Below are positions 41,422-52,264 of a DNA stretch of 64,000 bases, in pieces. Under the pieces are notes generated by a model that had not been told where the DNA came from, did not search any database, and saw only the letters and a list, made by a program, of their open reading frames with translations. Each line of letters opens with the position of its first letter. The stretch's first letter is position 1. This DNA comes from Nitrosopumilus sp. (lineage in GTDB: Archaea; Thermoproteota; Nitrososphaeria; Nitrososphaerales; Nitrosopumilaceae). Location: the NCBI GenBank assembly GCA_965204345.1, contig OZ241981.1, positions 448,001-512,000 on the forward strand, written 5' to 3'. Made by a program: the position numbers and the translations under genes.

Positions 41422-42921
41422 GTGCTAAAAAAACACAGAAAAATCTGGATTCACAAGCAAGATGAAAGCGTGGATCTAGAAAAATTTACAAAAAATGGCA
41501 GAAAGTTGCTAAACACGTTTCTGTCACTGGGACCAGTATACATAAAATTGGGACAGTGGCTTTCCTCCAGAGCAGACATACTTCCACAGCCATACATGAA
41601 AGAGCTGGAAAAATTACAGGACAACATTCCTGCTGCGCCATTTGAAAAAGTCAAACCCATCTTAGAAAGGGATTTGGGATCAGTTGAGGGGAAATTTGAT
41701 TTCTTTGATCATGATGCGCTGGCTGGCGCGTCACTGGGACAGGTGTATCGCGCCAAGATAAACAACAAGGAAGTGGTTGTTAAGGTAAAGCGTCCTGGAA
41801 TAGAAGAAAAAATAAAAGAAGACATAAAGGTTTTAGAGAAATTTTTGCCAATAGGCCTGAGATTTATTGATCCAAACCTGGGTTTTTCTGCAAAGTCAGT
41901 CATAGCACAGTTCATTGAATCAATTCATGAGGAGATAGACTATACTTTGGAGCTAGCTAACTTGAAAAAAATCAAGTGGAATTTAAGGGATAACGACAGG
42001 GTGATAATTCCCTCAGTTTATGAGGAATATTCTTCAAAAAACGTCATCACAATGGAGTATCTTCCGGGAATAAAAATCACGGACATTAAAGCCCTAGATG
42101 AGAAAAAATTTGACCGAAAAAAGCTGGTGCTAGAAATTTTTAATATCTTTTTTACAATGCTGCTTCGGGATCCCATATTTCATGCAGATCCCCATCCAGG
42201 CAATATTTCAGTGAGCAGGGAGGGCAAAATAATCCTATACGATTATGGAATGATTGGAAGATTGGACAAGGAGACTAGAATGCGTCTAATTAGGGTATAT
42301 CTAGGATTGATAGAAAAGGATCCGTCAAGGACAGTCAACGGCATGGAAGAACTCGGAATGTTAAAGCCCGGATTCAACAGGATTTTGATTGAAAAGGCCA
42401 TATCAATGTCAATACGAAGCATACATGGACAAAAGCCAGACGAGGTGGAAGTAAAATCATTTATGGAATTGGCAAACAAGACCATGGGGAGATTTCCATT
42501 TTTGCTGCCAAAGGAGCTGGCATCCTACCTAAGAATGGCCTCAATACTAGAAGGAATTTATGAAACACACAATATTGAGTTCAGGTTTGCCAAAGTCCTA
42601 AGAGCAATTTTAGAAAAAGAGAATCTGGTATTCAGGGCATATGTGCAAGAATTAAAACATTCATTTAACAGGATAACAGAGTCAGTTGATACTGCAATAT
42701 CGCTTGCACCGGAGCTAAAGAGGTTTTTGGATGACAGGCATTCCCTTGAGGAAACAACAAAAAAACGAAACCAGAATCTCCTGCTTTCAGGAAGCATTTT
42801 GTCCTCTGCTGTCTTTGTTGGCTCTGCAGTTTTGTTTTCTGCAAATGAGCTTGCAGGCACAATAGGGATGATAAGCTCAGGTGTAATAATGGGCATTTTT
42901 ATAAAGTTTACAAGAAATTAA
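41422..42921 (+). CDS. AarF/ABC1/UbiB family atypical kinase
   Basis: LGPVYIKLGQWLSSRADILP, ASLGQVY, VKVKRP, FHADPHPGN, DYGM motifs and C-terminal TM segments; true start uncertain. Confidence 0.92.
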   Translation: MLKKHRKIWIHKQDESVDLEKFTKNGRKLLNTFLSLGPVYIKLGQWLSSRADILPQPYMKELEKLQDNIPAAPFEKVKPILERDLGSVEGKFDFFDHDALAGASLGQVYRAKINNKEVVVKVKRPGIEEKIKEDIKVLEKFLPIGLRFIDPNLGFSAKSVIAQFIESIHEEIDYTLELANLKKIKWNLRDNDRVIIPSVYEEYSSKNVITMEYLPGIKITDIKALDEKKFDRKKLVLEIFNIFFTMLLRDPIFHADPHPGNISVSREGKIILYDYGMIGRLDKETRMRLIRVYLGLIEKDPSRTVNGMEELGMLKPGFNRILIEKAISMSIRSIHGQKPDEVEVKSFMELANKTMGRFPFLLPKELASYLRMASILEGIYETHNIEFRFAKVLRAILEKENLVFRAYVQELKHSFNRITESVDTAISLAPELKRFLDDRHSLEETTKKRNQNLLLSGSILSSAVFVGSAVLFSANELAGTIGMISSGVIMGIFIKFTRN

Positions 42922-43310
42922 TTGAGCAGGTTTTCAAATACGTGCAGCAGCAAAGTTGATTTTTTTTAGTCATGTTTACTGGCAAAACATTGCCCCAAGT
43001 ACGCCTCTAGTTTTTCTGGCCTTGATATTTTCAGCATCAAAACCGGCCAGACCGGATTTGACTTTGGGATTATCACCTGCCAATAAGCATCAAAGGCACA
43101 GGGATTCATTTGGTGACGTGTGCGACTTGTCATGCCTCTGAGGACATATCCCTTGCAAATTGCTCCAGGACTTTTATTTAACATGCAATGACAATACAGA
43201 CGGCATCTTCTTAAAGATGCTTTACTCTAATTTAAGATCAAAAGATGTGAAATGTCAAAACAGCCAGAGGCTTTAAAATACTTTAAGTATAATTAAAAAG
43301 AATCCCGTTT

Positions 43311-43607
43311 ATGGTTCATTTTTTAGCATGGTTTCTGGCAGGACTTGCAGCCCCTAAAGTGTATGAAAGACTAGCGCCGGAGGTAAAGGCTCAATGGAAG
43401 AAAAAGTATCCAATACATCACGGCGAGGCGGGAATTCTGATGGTGTTGGGGGGATCTGTTACAAAAAATCTGGGATTGGCAGCTTTTGGAGCAGGCCTGA
43501 TCATAGAAGATTGGAAGGATAGAAACGAATGGTTCAAAAAAACAGATTCAGAACAAGGCATTGAGGAATCTGCTTTTGATGATGATGATGATGATGATGA
43601 CAGTTAA
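43311..43607 (+). CDS. Small membrane protein with poly-Asp tail
   Basis: IHHGEAG..GLIIEDW motif; GAT run at 43578-43601. Confidence 0.65.
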   Translation: MVHFLAWFLAGLAAPKVYERLAPEVKAQWKKKYPIHHGEAGILMVLGGSVTKNLGLAAFGAGLIIEDWKDRNEWFKKTDSEQGIEESAFDDDDDDDDS

Positions 43608-44150
43608 CTGCACAGCAAACCAAAAAGATCTCAAGAGAATTTAAAATGAAGAGAAGAAAAACAAATGTACAGCATGGCATTTTTTGACGAGTCCTGTACC
43701 GACTAATTGCGTATTTTGCAGGTATGTCTTTTAGCGTATGCATTATGGGACCCACATTACCAATAAAAGAAACGGTTAGACCAGATTGGTTTATTGCAGT
43801 TCCAACCATGACTGTAACATGGTTTTAGGAACAGGTCTTGTGATAAAATGAGATGCTCGTAGTTAAAGGGATAAAGACCAGACATTAGGATTTGCCAAAA
43901 GGAGTATTACATTACAGGTAAAGGCACCTGCTGATTTGTGTTTGGTACGTCTCTCAGAAAAAGGACTGACAGCAACAGTCTGGTATCAGGCTTGGCAGTC
44001 ACCATGTAGGCGTATCTGGGATATTTTTGGGATGAAAAAACAAAGAGAAATCAAAGTCAGAAGAAAAACCAGGCGGCCAGGTAATTTTTGAGACAGCCTA
44101 GTTATTTTAAAAGGATTATAACTTAATAACCAGACACCATATTCTAAAAA

Positions 44151-44681
44151 ATGCATCAGACAGAAGCAAGAAAGATACTCAAGGATGCCCCAATCATGTG
44201 GAGAAGAATCAACTCAATAGGCATGATTTTAGACTGTAATTCAACATACGCTGCAAAGCTAGGGTACATCAAGTCAGAGATACTTGGAAGGCCAATCTTT
44301 GAGCACGTACCAAAGGAGGCATGGAAGGACATGAATAACTCTCTAAAAAGATGGTTTGAGACAGGCAAGGTAACAGATAGAAAAATTACGTTCAAAAAGC
44401 AGACAGGTGAGACATTTCTAGGGCTTTTGCAGGCAACTAGCCTGTACGATGAGAACAGAAATCTGCTTGGAAGCAACACGGTAATTTTTGACTTGGAGCA
44501 GATGACAGGTGAAAAGATTAAGGAATGCCAGGAATTTTTTAAAAAATCAAACGAAAGATTGGATGAGATTAAAGAAAAAGACTATGATCAGCTAGATGCA
44601 AATTCAAAGCTAGAATATGATGGACTAGAAGAGATGTTTGAAATGCTATCTGCCATCAACCTGGAGCAATTAAAAAAATAA
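44151..44681 (+). CDS. Stand-alone PAS domain protein
   Basis: GMILDCN..YAAKLGY..SEILGRPI and LYDENRNLLG patterns. Confidence 0.8.
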   Translation: MHQTEARKILKDAPIMWRRINSIGMILDCNSTYAAKLGYIKSEILGRPIFEHVPKEAWKDMNNSLKRWFETGKVTDRKITFKKQTGETFLGLLQATSLYDENRNLLGSNTVIFDLEQMTGEKIKECQEFFKKSNERLDEIKEKDYDQLDANSKLEYDGLEEMFEMLSAINLEQLKK

Positions 44682-46604
44682 TTATTCTGGATTTTCCTTG
44701 ATTGATTTTTGAAGTTCATCAAAGACTTGTTTGACCTCAGTTACAGCAGAACCGTCTTCTAGCGTACTGACATCACCGATTTGCTCACCATTGCCAATTG
44801 CTTTGAGCAGCCTGCGCATGATCTTGCCACTGCGGGTTTTGGGTAACTTGGAAACAAAACAGATTTGCTTGGGAGCTGCAATTGCACCTATGTCGATTCT
44901 GATTTTTTCAACAAGTTGTTTTTCTAAAATCACAGAATCAGCTGCAACTCCTTGTTTTAAGACCACAAATGCAATTATTGCCTCGCCCTTTACATCATCG
45001 GGGACCCCACATGCGGCAGATTCTGCAACATCAGGATGGGATACAATGCAACTTTCAAGTTCGGCAGTCCCAATTCTGTGACCGGCAACCTTTAGAACGT
45101 CATCTGCACGGCCTAGCATCCACAGATAGCCATCATCATCCTTTAAGGCATAGTCGCCCGGATAGTAGCAGTTTTGATATTTTGACCAGTAAACAGTCCT
45201 GTATTTTTGATCATCACCCCACAGTGTCAAAAGCATTCCGGGCCAGGGATTTCTGATTACCAGGTATCCCTTAGTGTTGGCACCGGCCTCATTTCCATTC
45301 TCATCGACAACGTCAATTTTTACACCTGGAATGGGGCGTGTCCCAGAACCGGGCTTTAGAGGAATTGTCTCAATGCCAGGCAGGGACGAAACTAAAATCC
45401 CGCCAGTTTCAGTCTGCCACCAGGTATCAATAACGGGACACTTTTCCTTTCCTATGGTTTTGAAATACCATTTCCATACTTTGGGATTTATCGGTTCCCC
45501 GACTGTCCCAAGCAGTCGTAGGGATGAAAGATCAAAGGAGTTTGGAGCATCATCGCCAAACTTCATAAACATTCTCAGTGCGGTAGGCGTGGTGTAAAAA
45601 ATTGTAACTTTGTATTTTTGTAAAATGTCCCACATCCGTGACGCATCAGGAAAGTCAGGGGCTCCCTCATACATCACTTGGGTTGCACCATGAAGTAACG
45701 GGGCATAAACGACATAGCTGTGGCCTGTAACCCAGCCAATATCAGCAGTGCAAAAAAAGATGTCAGTATCTCTAATATCAAATGCCCACCTGAATGTAGA
45801 ATGCAGATGTGTAAGGTATCCTCCGGTGCCATGCAAGACACCCTTTGGTTTTCCGGTGGTGCCCGAAGTATACAAAATGTAAAGGGGATGATCACTGGGC
45901 AGTTTTTCAGCAGCACACGAATCAAAAGCTTTCTCCATTAGTTTGCTCCAAAGTTTGTCTTTAGGGGAGGTGGAGAATTTTTGCTTTGTTCTCTCCAAGA
46001 CAACCACATGTTCTACAAAATCAAGGTCTGCAATTGCAGTATCCACAACATCCTTGAGCGGAATAATTTTCCCCCTCCTGTATCCGCCATCGGCAGTTAC
46101 AATTACTTTGGATTTTGAGTCCGATACCCTGTCTTTGATTGATGAGGCGCTAAATCCGGAGAAGATTACAGTGTGTATTGCGCCAATTCTGGCACATGCA
46201 AGCATTGCAATGGGCAGTTCGGGAACCATTGGGAGATAGATTGTAACCCTGTCTCCCTTTTGGACACCAAGTGATTTGAGGACATTGGAGAACTTTTGGA
46301 CCTCAGTGAACATCTGGCCATATGACACATTGCGGCATTCGCCGTTTTCTCCCTCCCACAGTATTGCAGGCCTGGAGGATTTTGATTGCTGATGAATGTC
46401 CAGTGCATTATGCGAGGCATTAATTGTGCCTCCAACAAACCATCTGGCAAAGGGGGGATTCCAATCAAGGGTCTTCTCCCAGGGGGAAAACCAGGACAGA
46501 TTCTTTGCCTGCCCATCCCAAAAGGATACAAAATCAGAATCGGCCTTTCTTCTTATGCTCTCATCGTGATTTCCAAGGCCGATTTTGTAGATTTCAGACA
46601 TCAA
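44682..46604 (-). CDS. acs: Acetyl-CoA synthetase (AMP-forming)
   Basis: YTSGTTGKPKG, DTWWQTETG, GRADDV and PKTRSGKIMRR motifs. Confidence 0.96.
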   Translation of the reverse strand: MMSEIYKIGLGNHDESIRRKADSDFVSFWDGQAKNLSWFSPWEKTLDWNPPFARWFVGGTINASHNALDIHQQSKSSRPAILWEGENGECRNVSYGQMFTEVQKFSNVLKSLGVQKGDRVTIYLPMVPELPIAMLACARIGAIHTVIFSGFSASSIKDRVSDSKSKVIVTADGGYRRGKIIPLKDVVDTAIADLDFVEHVVVLERTKQKFSTSPKDKLWSKLMEKAFDSCAAEKLPSDHPLYILYTSGTTGKPKGVLHGTGGYLTHLHSTFRWAFDIRDTDIFFCTADIGWVTGHSYVVYAPLLHGATQVMYEGAPDFPDASRMWDILQKYKVTIFYTTPTALRMFMKFGDDAPNSFDLSSLRLLGTVGEPINPKVWKWYFKTIGKEKCPVIDTWWQTETGGILVSSLPGIETIPLKPGSGTRPIPGVKIDVVDENGNEAGANTKGYLVIRNPWPGMLLTLWGDDQKYRTVYWSKYQNCYYPGDYALKDDDGYLWMLGRADDVLKVAGHRIGTAELESCIVSHPDVAESAACGVPDDVKGEAIIAFVVLKQGVAADSVILEKQLVEKIRIDIGAIAAPKQICFVSKLPKTRSGKIMRRLLKAIGNGEQIGDVSTLEDGSAVTEVKQVFDELQKSIKENPE

Positions 46605-46659
46605 AAAAGTTTATGAGGATAGATCCTTCTAAGTGTTTAAAAAAAATAATTTAAAAAAA

Positions 46660-47538
46660 TTATTGTGCTTCCATTCTAGCAAGCCAGTCATTATCATTAT
46701 CATCTTTTGAGGTCTCTGCTGTCACCTGTTGGGGTGGTTCTGGAAATGCAAATGTTACCTCAGATTCAGTTGGAGGCTCTGGTATTGGGGTACTTGGCGC
46801 CTCTATTGGCCCTGAAGGTATTGCTGCTGATTGGACTGGAACTTCTGGAAGTATTGTCTGAACTGCCTGTTGCGGTTCAGAAGTCTCCAGGTATGTAACG
46901 GCTGATTCTTGGATGTCCGGTGTTGGGGGGGCTGTTATCTCTTGCACTTCTAGTTCAAGATCTGCAATTCTGGTCTTTACATTTGCAATTTCTGCTGTTT
47001 CGTGAGTTATATGCTCAATTACCTCAGTTGTGCATGACTTTACAGTCTCAAATGTTGGATCAGAGATTTCGTTGCTTTTGAACTGTACTTTTGCATCAAA
47101 CGATAGCATCTTTGCAGACTTCATCTGATCATCTAACTCAGCCAGTCTTGCCTCAAGCACAGCCTTGATTTGGCTTTCTGTCTCATCTAATAATACAAGC
47201 TTTGACTTGTATTTTTCATGAATGATTTGTGCATCTGCCTTCATGTCATCATTTTCTGAAACAATATCAATCAGTGCCTTTAGACGGCGTAGAGTTAGCT
47301 GTTTTTCACGAATGAGCCTTTGGGAGTCGAGTCTCCATTTTGGAATGAATATAACAACTTCGCCTTGAACCACCAGTTGCTCATATTGGATTTGCTGTAA
47401 TCCCTGAGAACCGCAGTCAATGCCGACAGACTGTATGCTGCCATCGATGTCAGTCATTGTTCCTACAACCTTACCCATGAATGTTCCGTACATGTCCTTG
47501 ACGTTTTTACCGATTATTTCGATATCGTCTTGGGTCAT
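46660..47538 (-). CDS. cdvA: CdvA-like cell division protein
   Basis: IGKNVKDMYG PRC-like N-terminus, coiled coil and Pro-rich tail; ATG 47538 preferred. Confidence 0.82.
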   Translation of the reverse strand: MTQDDIEIIGKNVKDMYGTFMGKVVGTMTDIDGSIQSVGIDCGSQGLQQIQYEQLVVQGEVVIFIPKWRLDSQRLIREKQLTLRRLKALIDIVSENDDMKADAQIIHEKYKSKLVLLDETESQIKAVLEARLAELDDQMKSAKMLSFDAKVQFKSNEISDPTFETVKSCTTEVIEHITHETAEIANVKTRIADLELEVQEITAPPTPDIQESAVTYLETSEPQQAVQTILPEVPVQSAAIPSGPIEAPSTPIPEPPTESEVTFAFPEPPQQVTAETSKDDNDNDWLARMEAQ

Positions 47539-47671
47539 GTGAGTTAGTTTAGAGATTTGTATAACCAACAAAGTGTAAGAAATGTTTTTAGTTTTAGTAA
47601 GATAAAATTCACAAACTCAAGACAGGTCAATTTTCAGTAATTTTAAAATCTAGAGACAAAATAACAGGCTC

Positions 47672-47965
47672 ATGATTCAAAAAGAGGAACTAGAGCAAAT
47701 TTTGAATTTTGTCGCAAGCAGGTGGACCGGAGCCACAAAGGATCCAAACAACAGGGCAATGGATACTCTGCCAAATGACTTTTGGATGAACTCAATTGGA
47801 GGAAAGACTGCCAAAAAGGGATTCTGGGTTACAACCCTAATGTATACAGAAAATGAAGAGGATGCCGAATCCTTCAAGCAGGTACTGCTAAGATGGCAGG
47901 CAAAAGGCCAAGACAAAGACAGAGACAAAGGTCCCGATCTAATTCAAATTGGAAAAAAGAAATAG
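47672..47965 (+). CDS. Conserved hypothetical protein
   Basis: 97-aa ORF directly upstream of thyX on the same strand. Confidence 0.65.
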   Translation: MIQKEELEQILNFVASRWTGATKDPNNRAMDTLPNDFWMNSIGGKTAKKGFWVTTLMYTENEEDAESFKQVLLRWQAKGQDKDRDKGPDLIQIGKKK

Positions 47966-47997
47966 AGTATTAATAATTGTGAGCTGACATAACGGTA

Positions 47998-49617
47998 TTG
48001 TCAGAATTCTCAATTAATGAAAAAAAAATTCTATCCAAACATTTTTCAAATACGGAAGGGAATGTCTTTGCAATAACTACTCCGCGACAAGTTGATCGCG
48101 GTGCGTTAATGTCAAGATACAGCAGAACAGATAAGAGCATGAGAAGAGTCTTCCTAGATGAATTCTTAAAAAACAGAAACAGGGGGGAGGAATTTTACAA
48201 CAGGGTGCTTTTAGAATACGGGGATGATTCTGTTGCAGAGTTGGGTGAAGCCCAGATTGCAATAGAGGGACTCTCAAACATTGCAGTCAAAAAAATTGAA
48301 GACAGGCGAATTGGCCTGTCATACTTGGAAAAATCATCAAGGTATGTAGTATGGAACAAGAAGGAAAAAGGGAAATACAGGTTTTACAGGGAACCCAAAA
48401 TTATGGAATCGCGGTTTGCAGACATTTATGAGGAGAGCTGTAACTTTTCATTTGATGTTTATTCAGAAAACATAGAGCCGATGATAAGATATGTTAGGGA
48501 AAAATATCCAATAGAAAAATATAGTTTTAAGAATTCCAGGGACGGAGAGGAAAAATTATTCTCTAAGCTAAGAGACGAGTCAGACATAAAGTCAGCAGAG
48601 ATGATTTACAAGGGCTCAACAAAGGCAAAGGCACTTGACATACTGAGGGGATTATTACCTGCATCAACTTTAACAAATGTTGGCATTACAGGAAACGGAC
48701 GCGCATTTGAATATCTTTTAACAGTTTTAGGCTCGTCTGAGCTAAAAGAAGAGCAGGATTTAGCCTCAAAAATCAAAAAAGAGCTTGACACGACGATCAA
48801 GTCATTTGTCAGAAGGGCAGATGACAGGTATGGCAAAGCATTTCAAAAATATCTCAAAGACATCAGAAATAAATCCAAGGCAATTGCTGCAAAAGAAATA
48901 AGACCGGACCCAAGAGAGGGGACGATTACAAAACTTGTAAGGTACGAATCAGAAAGAGATGCAATAGATACGATCATCACAGGTATAATGTATGAGCAGT
49001 CACCGGGTACGTCATATCAGAATATTTTCAGGCAGGTAAAAGGATTGCCTAGGGAGAGAAAGACTAAGATCATAGATGAATTTGCAAGGATTCGCACAAA
49101 CAGGCGCCACAGGCCGCCAAGGGCATTTGAAAACGTGTATTACACCTTTGACTTGTCCAATAATTTTGGAATGTTCAGGGACTTTCACAGGCACAGGGCA
49201 CTGACACTAGAAAGACAGATGCTTACAACGGATCACGGGTATGGCATGCCAGATGAAATAAAGATTTTGGGCATTCAGAGGGATTTCAAGGATTGCATGA
49301 ACAAAACAAAAGAGGCGTTTGAAAAAATTAGAACCAGATTTCCAGAGCAGGGGCAGTACGTAGTAAACTTTGGATACAACTATCCGTACTTTATGAAGTT
49401 TAATCTAAGGGAGGCCTGCCATCTAATTGAGCTGAGAACGGTTCCGCAGGGACATGCAGATTACAGAAGGGTTGCACAGCAAATGTTCAGACAAATTAAC
49501 AGGGTTCATCCAAATCTTAGTAAAATTATAAAGTATGCAGATATGAAGGAATATGATTTGGAAAGATTTGAATCAGAGAAAAGAACAGAAGAAAAGAGAA
49601 AAGATTTGAAAAAATAA
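47998..49617 (+). CDS. thyX: FAD-dependent thymidylate synthase (long duplicated-domain form)
   Basis: [27 protein letters not shown] and ELRTVPQGH motifs. Confidence 0.88.
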   Translation: MSEFSINEKKILSKHFSNTEGNVFAITTPRQVDRGALMSRYSRTDKSMRRVFLDEFLKNRNRGEEFYNRVLLEYGDDSVAELGEAQIAIEGLSNIAVKKIEDRRIGLSYLEKSSRYVVWNKKEKGKYRFYREPKIMESRFADIYEESCNFSFDVYSENIEPMIRYVREKYPIEKYSFKNSRDGEEKLFSKLRDESDIKSAEMIYKGSTKAKALDILRGLLPASTLTNVGITGNGRAFEYLLTVLGSSELKEEQDLASKIKKELDTTIKSFVRRADDRYGKAFQKYLKDIRNKSKAIAAKEIRPDPREGTITKLVRYESERDAIDTIITGIMYEQSPGTSYQNIFRQVKGLPRERKTKIIDEFARIRTNRRHRPPRAFENVYYTFDLSNNFGMFRDFHRHRALTLERQMLTTDHGYGMPDEIKILGIQRDFKDCMNKTKEAFEKIRTRFPEQGQYVVNFGYNYPYFMKFNLREACHLIELRTVPQGHADYRRVAQQMFRQINRVHPNLSKIIKYADMKEYDLERFESEKRTEEKRKDLKK

Positions 49618-49620
49618 AGA

Positions 49621-50040
49621 GTGAATCAAATGAAAGAAAGAATAGAAAAGACACAGGAGGAATGGAAGGAGCAGTTAACCCCGGATCAGTATGAAATATG
49701 TATCAATCACGGAACAGAGCCGCCATTTTCAGGCAAATACAACAGCACAAAATTGGAGGGAGCATTCAGATGCACGTGCTGCGGTGAGAAGCTCTTCTCA
49801 TCAGATGCAAAGTTTGATTCAGGCTCAGGCTGGCCAAGCTTTTGGGAGCCAATCTCTGAGGAAAAAATAGAGTATGTCTCAGACACAACACATGGAATGG
49901 TTCGCACAGAGGTAAACTGCAACAGATGCGGGGCGCATTTGGGACATGTATTTGATGACGGCCCAAAGCCGACAAATCAGAGGTACTGCATCAATTCTGT
50001 CTCACTGCAGCATGAGAAGGATGACAAAAGACAAGAATAA
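49621..50040 (+). CDS. msrB: Peptide-methionine (R)-S-oxide reductase
   Basis: GTEPPF, KFDSGSGWPSF, HLGHVFDDGP and RYCINS motifs. Confidence 0.97.
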   Translation: MNQMKERIEKTQEEWKEQLTPDQYEICINHGTEPPFSGKYNSTKLEGAFRCTCCGEKLFSSDAKFDSGSGWPSFWEPISEEKIEYVSDTTHGMVRTEVNCNRCGAHLGHVFDDGPKPTNQRYCINSVSLQHEKDDKRQE

Positions 50041-50057
50041 ACTCAGAAAAGGCTCTC

Positions 50058-50345
50058 TTAACTTGCCGGGTGTTTGATTCCGGATCTTCCTGATGTTAGA
50101 TGGCCTGAATTTAGATTGTTTGAGGCATTGCCAGCCTTGATATACATGCCTTTGGATATGTGTATTATTTTTCCTGTTTTTGTCATCTTGTGGATGATGC
50201 CCCTTATCGAGTGTTTTGTAATGTCTCCTTTATCTTCAAATCCGCACTCAACTACGTATTTGTAAATTTCTTTCAGACTCTTTTTTTCATTTGATTCAAA
50301 AATATCATCTATTGCACGCCCCATCGTATTTTGTTTTTTCTTCAT
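50058..50345 (-). CDS. Small basic winged-helix-like protein
   Basis: SLKEIY...SIRGII..M...GKI.HISKGMY pattern. Confidence 0.55.
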   Translation of the reverse strand: MKKKQNTMGRAIDDIFESNEKKSLKEIYKYVVECGFEDKGDITKHSIRGIIHKMTKTGKIIHISKGMYIKAGNASNNLNSGHLTSGRSGIKHPAS

Positions 50346-51071
50346 AGCAGCAGAACCTCCTTAGGCGAAAACTTGAACTGTAGCATCTGTGCTGTCTGGC
50401 CACACCCCATTGCCTCCCTTTCTCTGAACCGTTATTTTGCCCAGTTTTAGATTGCCTCTTTTTGTAATTTTTGTCAATCCCCCATAATGATTGATTACAT
50501 TTTCTATCTTGGTTATTGCCAAATGTTTTATCCCATTGTCGTTCTTCTTGACCACAGGCATATAATCTGCTTTTGGCTCTGTATTTCCTCTTAATACATC
50601 ATGAATGATTCTAGACTTGTTTTTGCCAAAGAAATTCAGGATTTTCTTCTGTTCATCAAGTGTCAATTCCGTAAGAAAATAGCGTCTCTGATCTTTTACT
50701 TGTGGGATTGGATTCTCATCACTTGGCCTGTATCCCTCTTGTCCACAGTATTTTTTTAAAATGACAGCCACATCTTTTGGAATACTCTACATTTTTTGAT
50801 ATGTGTCTGCCTTTCGCTTGTCTATCTGGCTAAAACGGATGGTGAGCTTTTTTATGGATATCCCTATCTGATTGCCTCCATTGACTATTAGAAGAGCATC
50901 TGCCTTTCCATTCATGCCCAGTGAACGTGTAGTGCTTGCCTTGAGAGTCCTTATTTTGGAGTATCCCATTACAGAAAGCCATTTCTTTGCAGTTATACTG
51001 TTACTCCAATTCTGAAACTCATCTACAACTTGATCTTCGGTTGCAAAACCACTTTTGGCAGTTTCAGACAT
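50342..51071 (-). pseudogene. HinP1I-like type II restriction endonuclease, disrupted
   Basis: TAKSGF, WLSVMG, KAD, SIKK, FSQIDK, KDQRR and ITVQRKGG recall R.HinP1I. An in-frame TAG at 50787-50789 replaces the conserved W, and a frameshift near 50405 displaces QMLQFKFSP. Confidence 0.8.
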
Positions 51072-52002
51072 GATTCATCAGATGGGTTTGTGGTACATTA
51101 TAGTTTATGGCAATTATTTCCCTGCTTTTATCTTTCTGTGTAAAATACTGTAATGACCTGTTTAATGTGATTTTAAATACCCTATACATTGAAGACAGTC
51201 TCAGATAATCTGGCTGGTTTTGCTCTGAAATCATCACCTTGTTTGACTTTTGGATGTTTTTTACAAATTTCATAAAATCATCTAGTTCTACTACTGCATT
51301 ATAGTGGCCGTTGGCGTTGTTCATGTATGGCGGGTCAAGATACACAAAGCCGTTGCAGACATCCGCATAACTTGTAAAATCCTTGTTTGTTATTTTGAGA
51401 TGTTTTATTGTATTGCTTAGAAATCGTATTGTCTCCCTCTTTATTTGAGGACAGTTTGCGTTTTTTCTCATTGGACAGTTAAACTTGTTTTTTGAATTGA
51501 ATCTAATCTTTCCAGAAAAGGCATTTTTAGCAAGATAGAAAAACCTGCCAGCTCCCAGTGAACCGTCCTCCAGATCCAAATTCCTTACATGCAGATAATA
51601 ATCAGGGCTTGATTTTTTGTAATGTCGTTGGTACTGGTCAAAAAGATCATCGGGGTTTTTTCTTAGGGATTTTACAAAGTTTGTAATTACTGGATTATGA
51701 TCATTATACACGATATTTTTTGAACCAAACCTGTTGCAGGCATAAAATGTAAATCCACATCCGCCCCCAAAAACATCATAAATTTTTTCGCCATAATTAT
51801 CAGGAATCAACGAATCAAAGATATGTGCAAATCCTGATTTGCATCCCACATACGGAATTATCTTTAGGGGTGCTTTGTGCTGTCTTCCAACATCAAAACG
51901 TTGTGGCATCCACATGCTTTTTTCAGGCCTCTTATCAGTTTGAACGCAGTGTATTCCAACATCAAAACGTTGTGGCATCCACATACCTCCCCAATTTTGC
52001 AT
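51064..52002 (-). CDS. Dam-like (D12 class) DNA adenine methyltransferase; ancestral start probably near 51915
   Basis: PYVGCKS, DVFGGG, FSGKIRFNSKNKFNCP and VYLDPPY motifs. Confidence 0.88.
   Translation of the reverse strand: MQNWGGMWMPQRFDVGIHCVQTDKRPEKSMWMPQRFDVGRQHKAPLKIIPYVGCKSGFAHIFDSLIPDNYGEKIYDVFGGGCGFTFYACNRFGSKNIVYNDHNPVITNFVKSLRKNPDDLFDQYQRHYKKSSPDYYLHVRNLDLEDGSLGAGRFFYLAKNAFSGKIRFNSKNKFNCPMRKNANCPQIKRETIRFLSNTIKHLKITNKDFTSYADVCNGFVYLDPPYMNNANGHYNAVVELDDFMKFVKNIQKSNKVMISEQNQPDYLRLSSMYRVFKITLNRSLQYFTQKDKSREIIAINYNVPQTHLMNHV
51882..51986. repeat. 36-bp direct repeat (34/36) flanking a 33-bp unique insert, in frame at the methylase N-terminus
   Basis: gt(c/a)ttccaacatcaaaacgttgtggcatccacat(g/a)c at 51882-51917 and 51951-51986; gives MWMPQRFDVG twice. 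Confidence 0.93.
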
Positions 52003-52030
52003 CTTTTACGTCTTTAATCAAAAGATCGAA

Positions 52031-52225
52031 TCACTCTCTTACTAGTTCCAAGACAATCTGCTCTGTCTTGACATCCAGTGTCCATTTTATCCTGTGATCA
52101 GTAGTAATTTCTAACATCTCTGCAATGTCCCTGGGAATTGTACAGTGTACCGTCTGATTCTTGTTTGCAATTACAACGTTTGAGTATTTTATCAGATTTT
52201 TTACACTGTTCAAAACTCCGAACAT
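52031..52225 (-). CDS. AbrB/MazE-like small DNA-binding protein
   Basis: CTIPRDIAEMLEI....IKW.L.....IVLE pattern. Confidence 0.65.
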   Translation of the reverse strand: MFGVLNSVKNLIKYSNVVIANKNQTVHCTIPRDIAEMLEITTDHRIKWTLDVKTEQIVLELVRE

Positions 52226-52264
52226 TTGCCTCTAGTATCCAATTCGGGACATGGAATCAACATT

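Noticed and set aside
42956-43052. Possible sixth, older duplication-plus-insert unit
   Set aside because: Similarity is weak, needs gaps, is low-complexity, and the period (~65) is outside the 69-72 range.
43620-44100. Coding-like intergenic stretch
   Set aside because: No intact ORF or recognisable motif; it may be a decayed gene but this cannot be supported.
50787-50789. Recoded TAG (pyrrolysine or readthrough) in the nuclease
   Set aside because: It replaces a conserved Trp by one transition and a second lesion (frameshift) exists, so it is an ordinary pseudogene.
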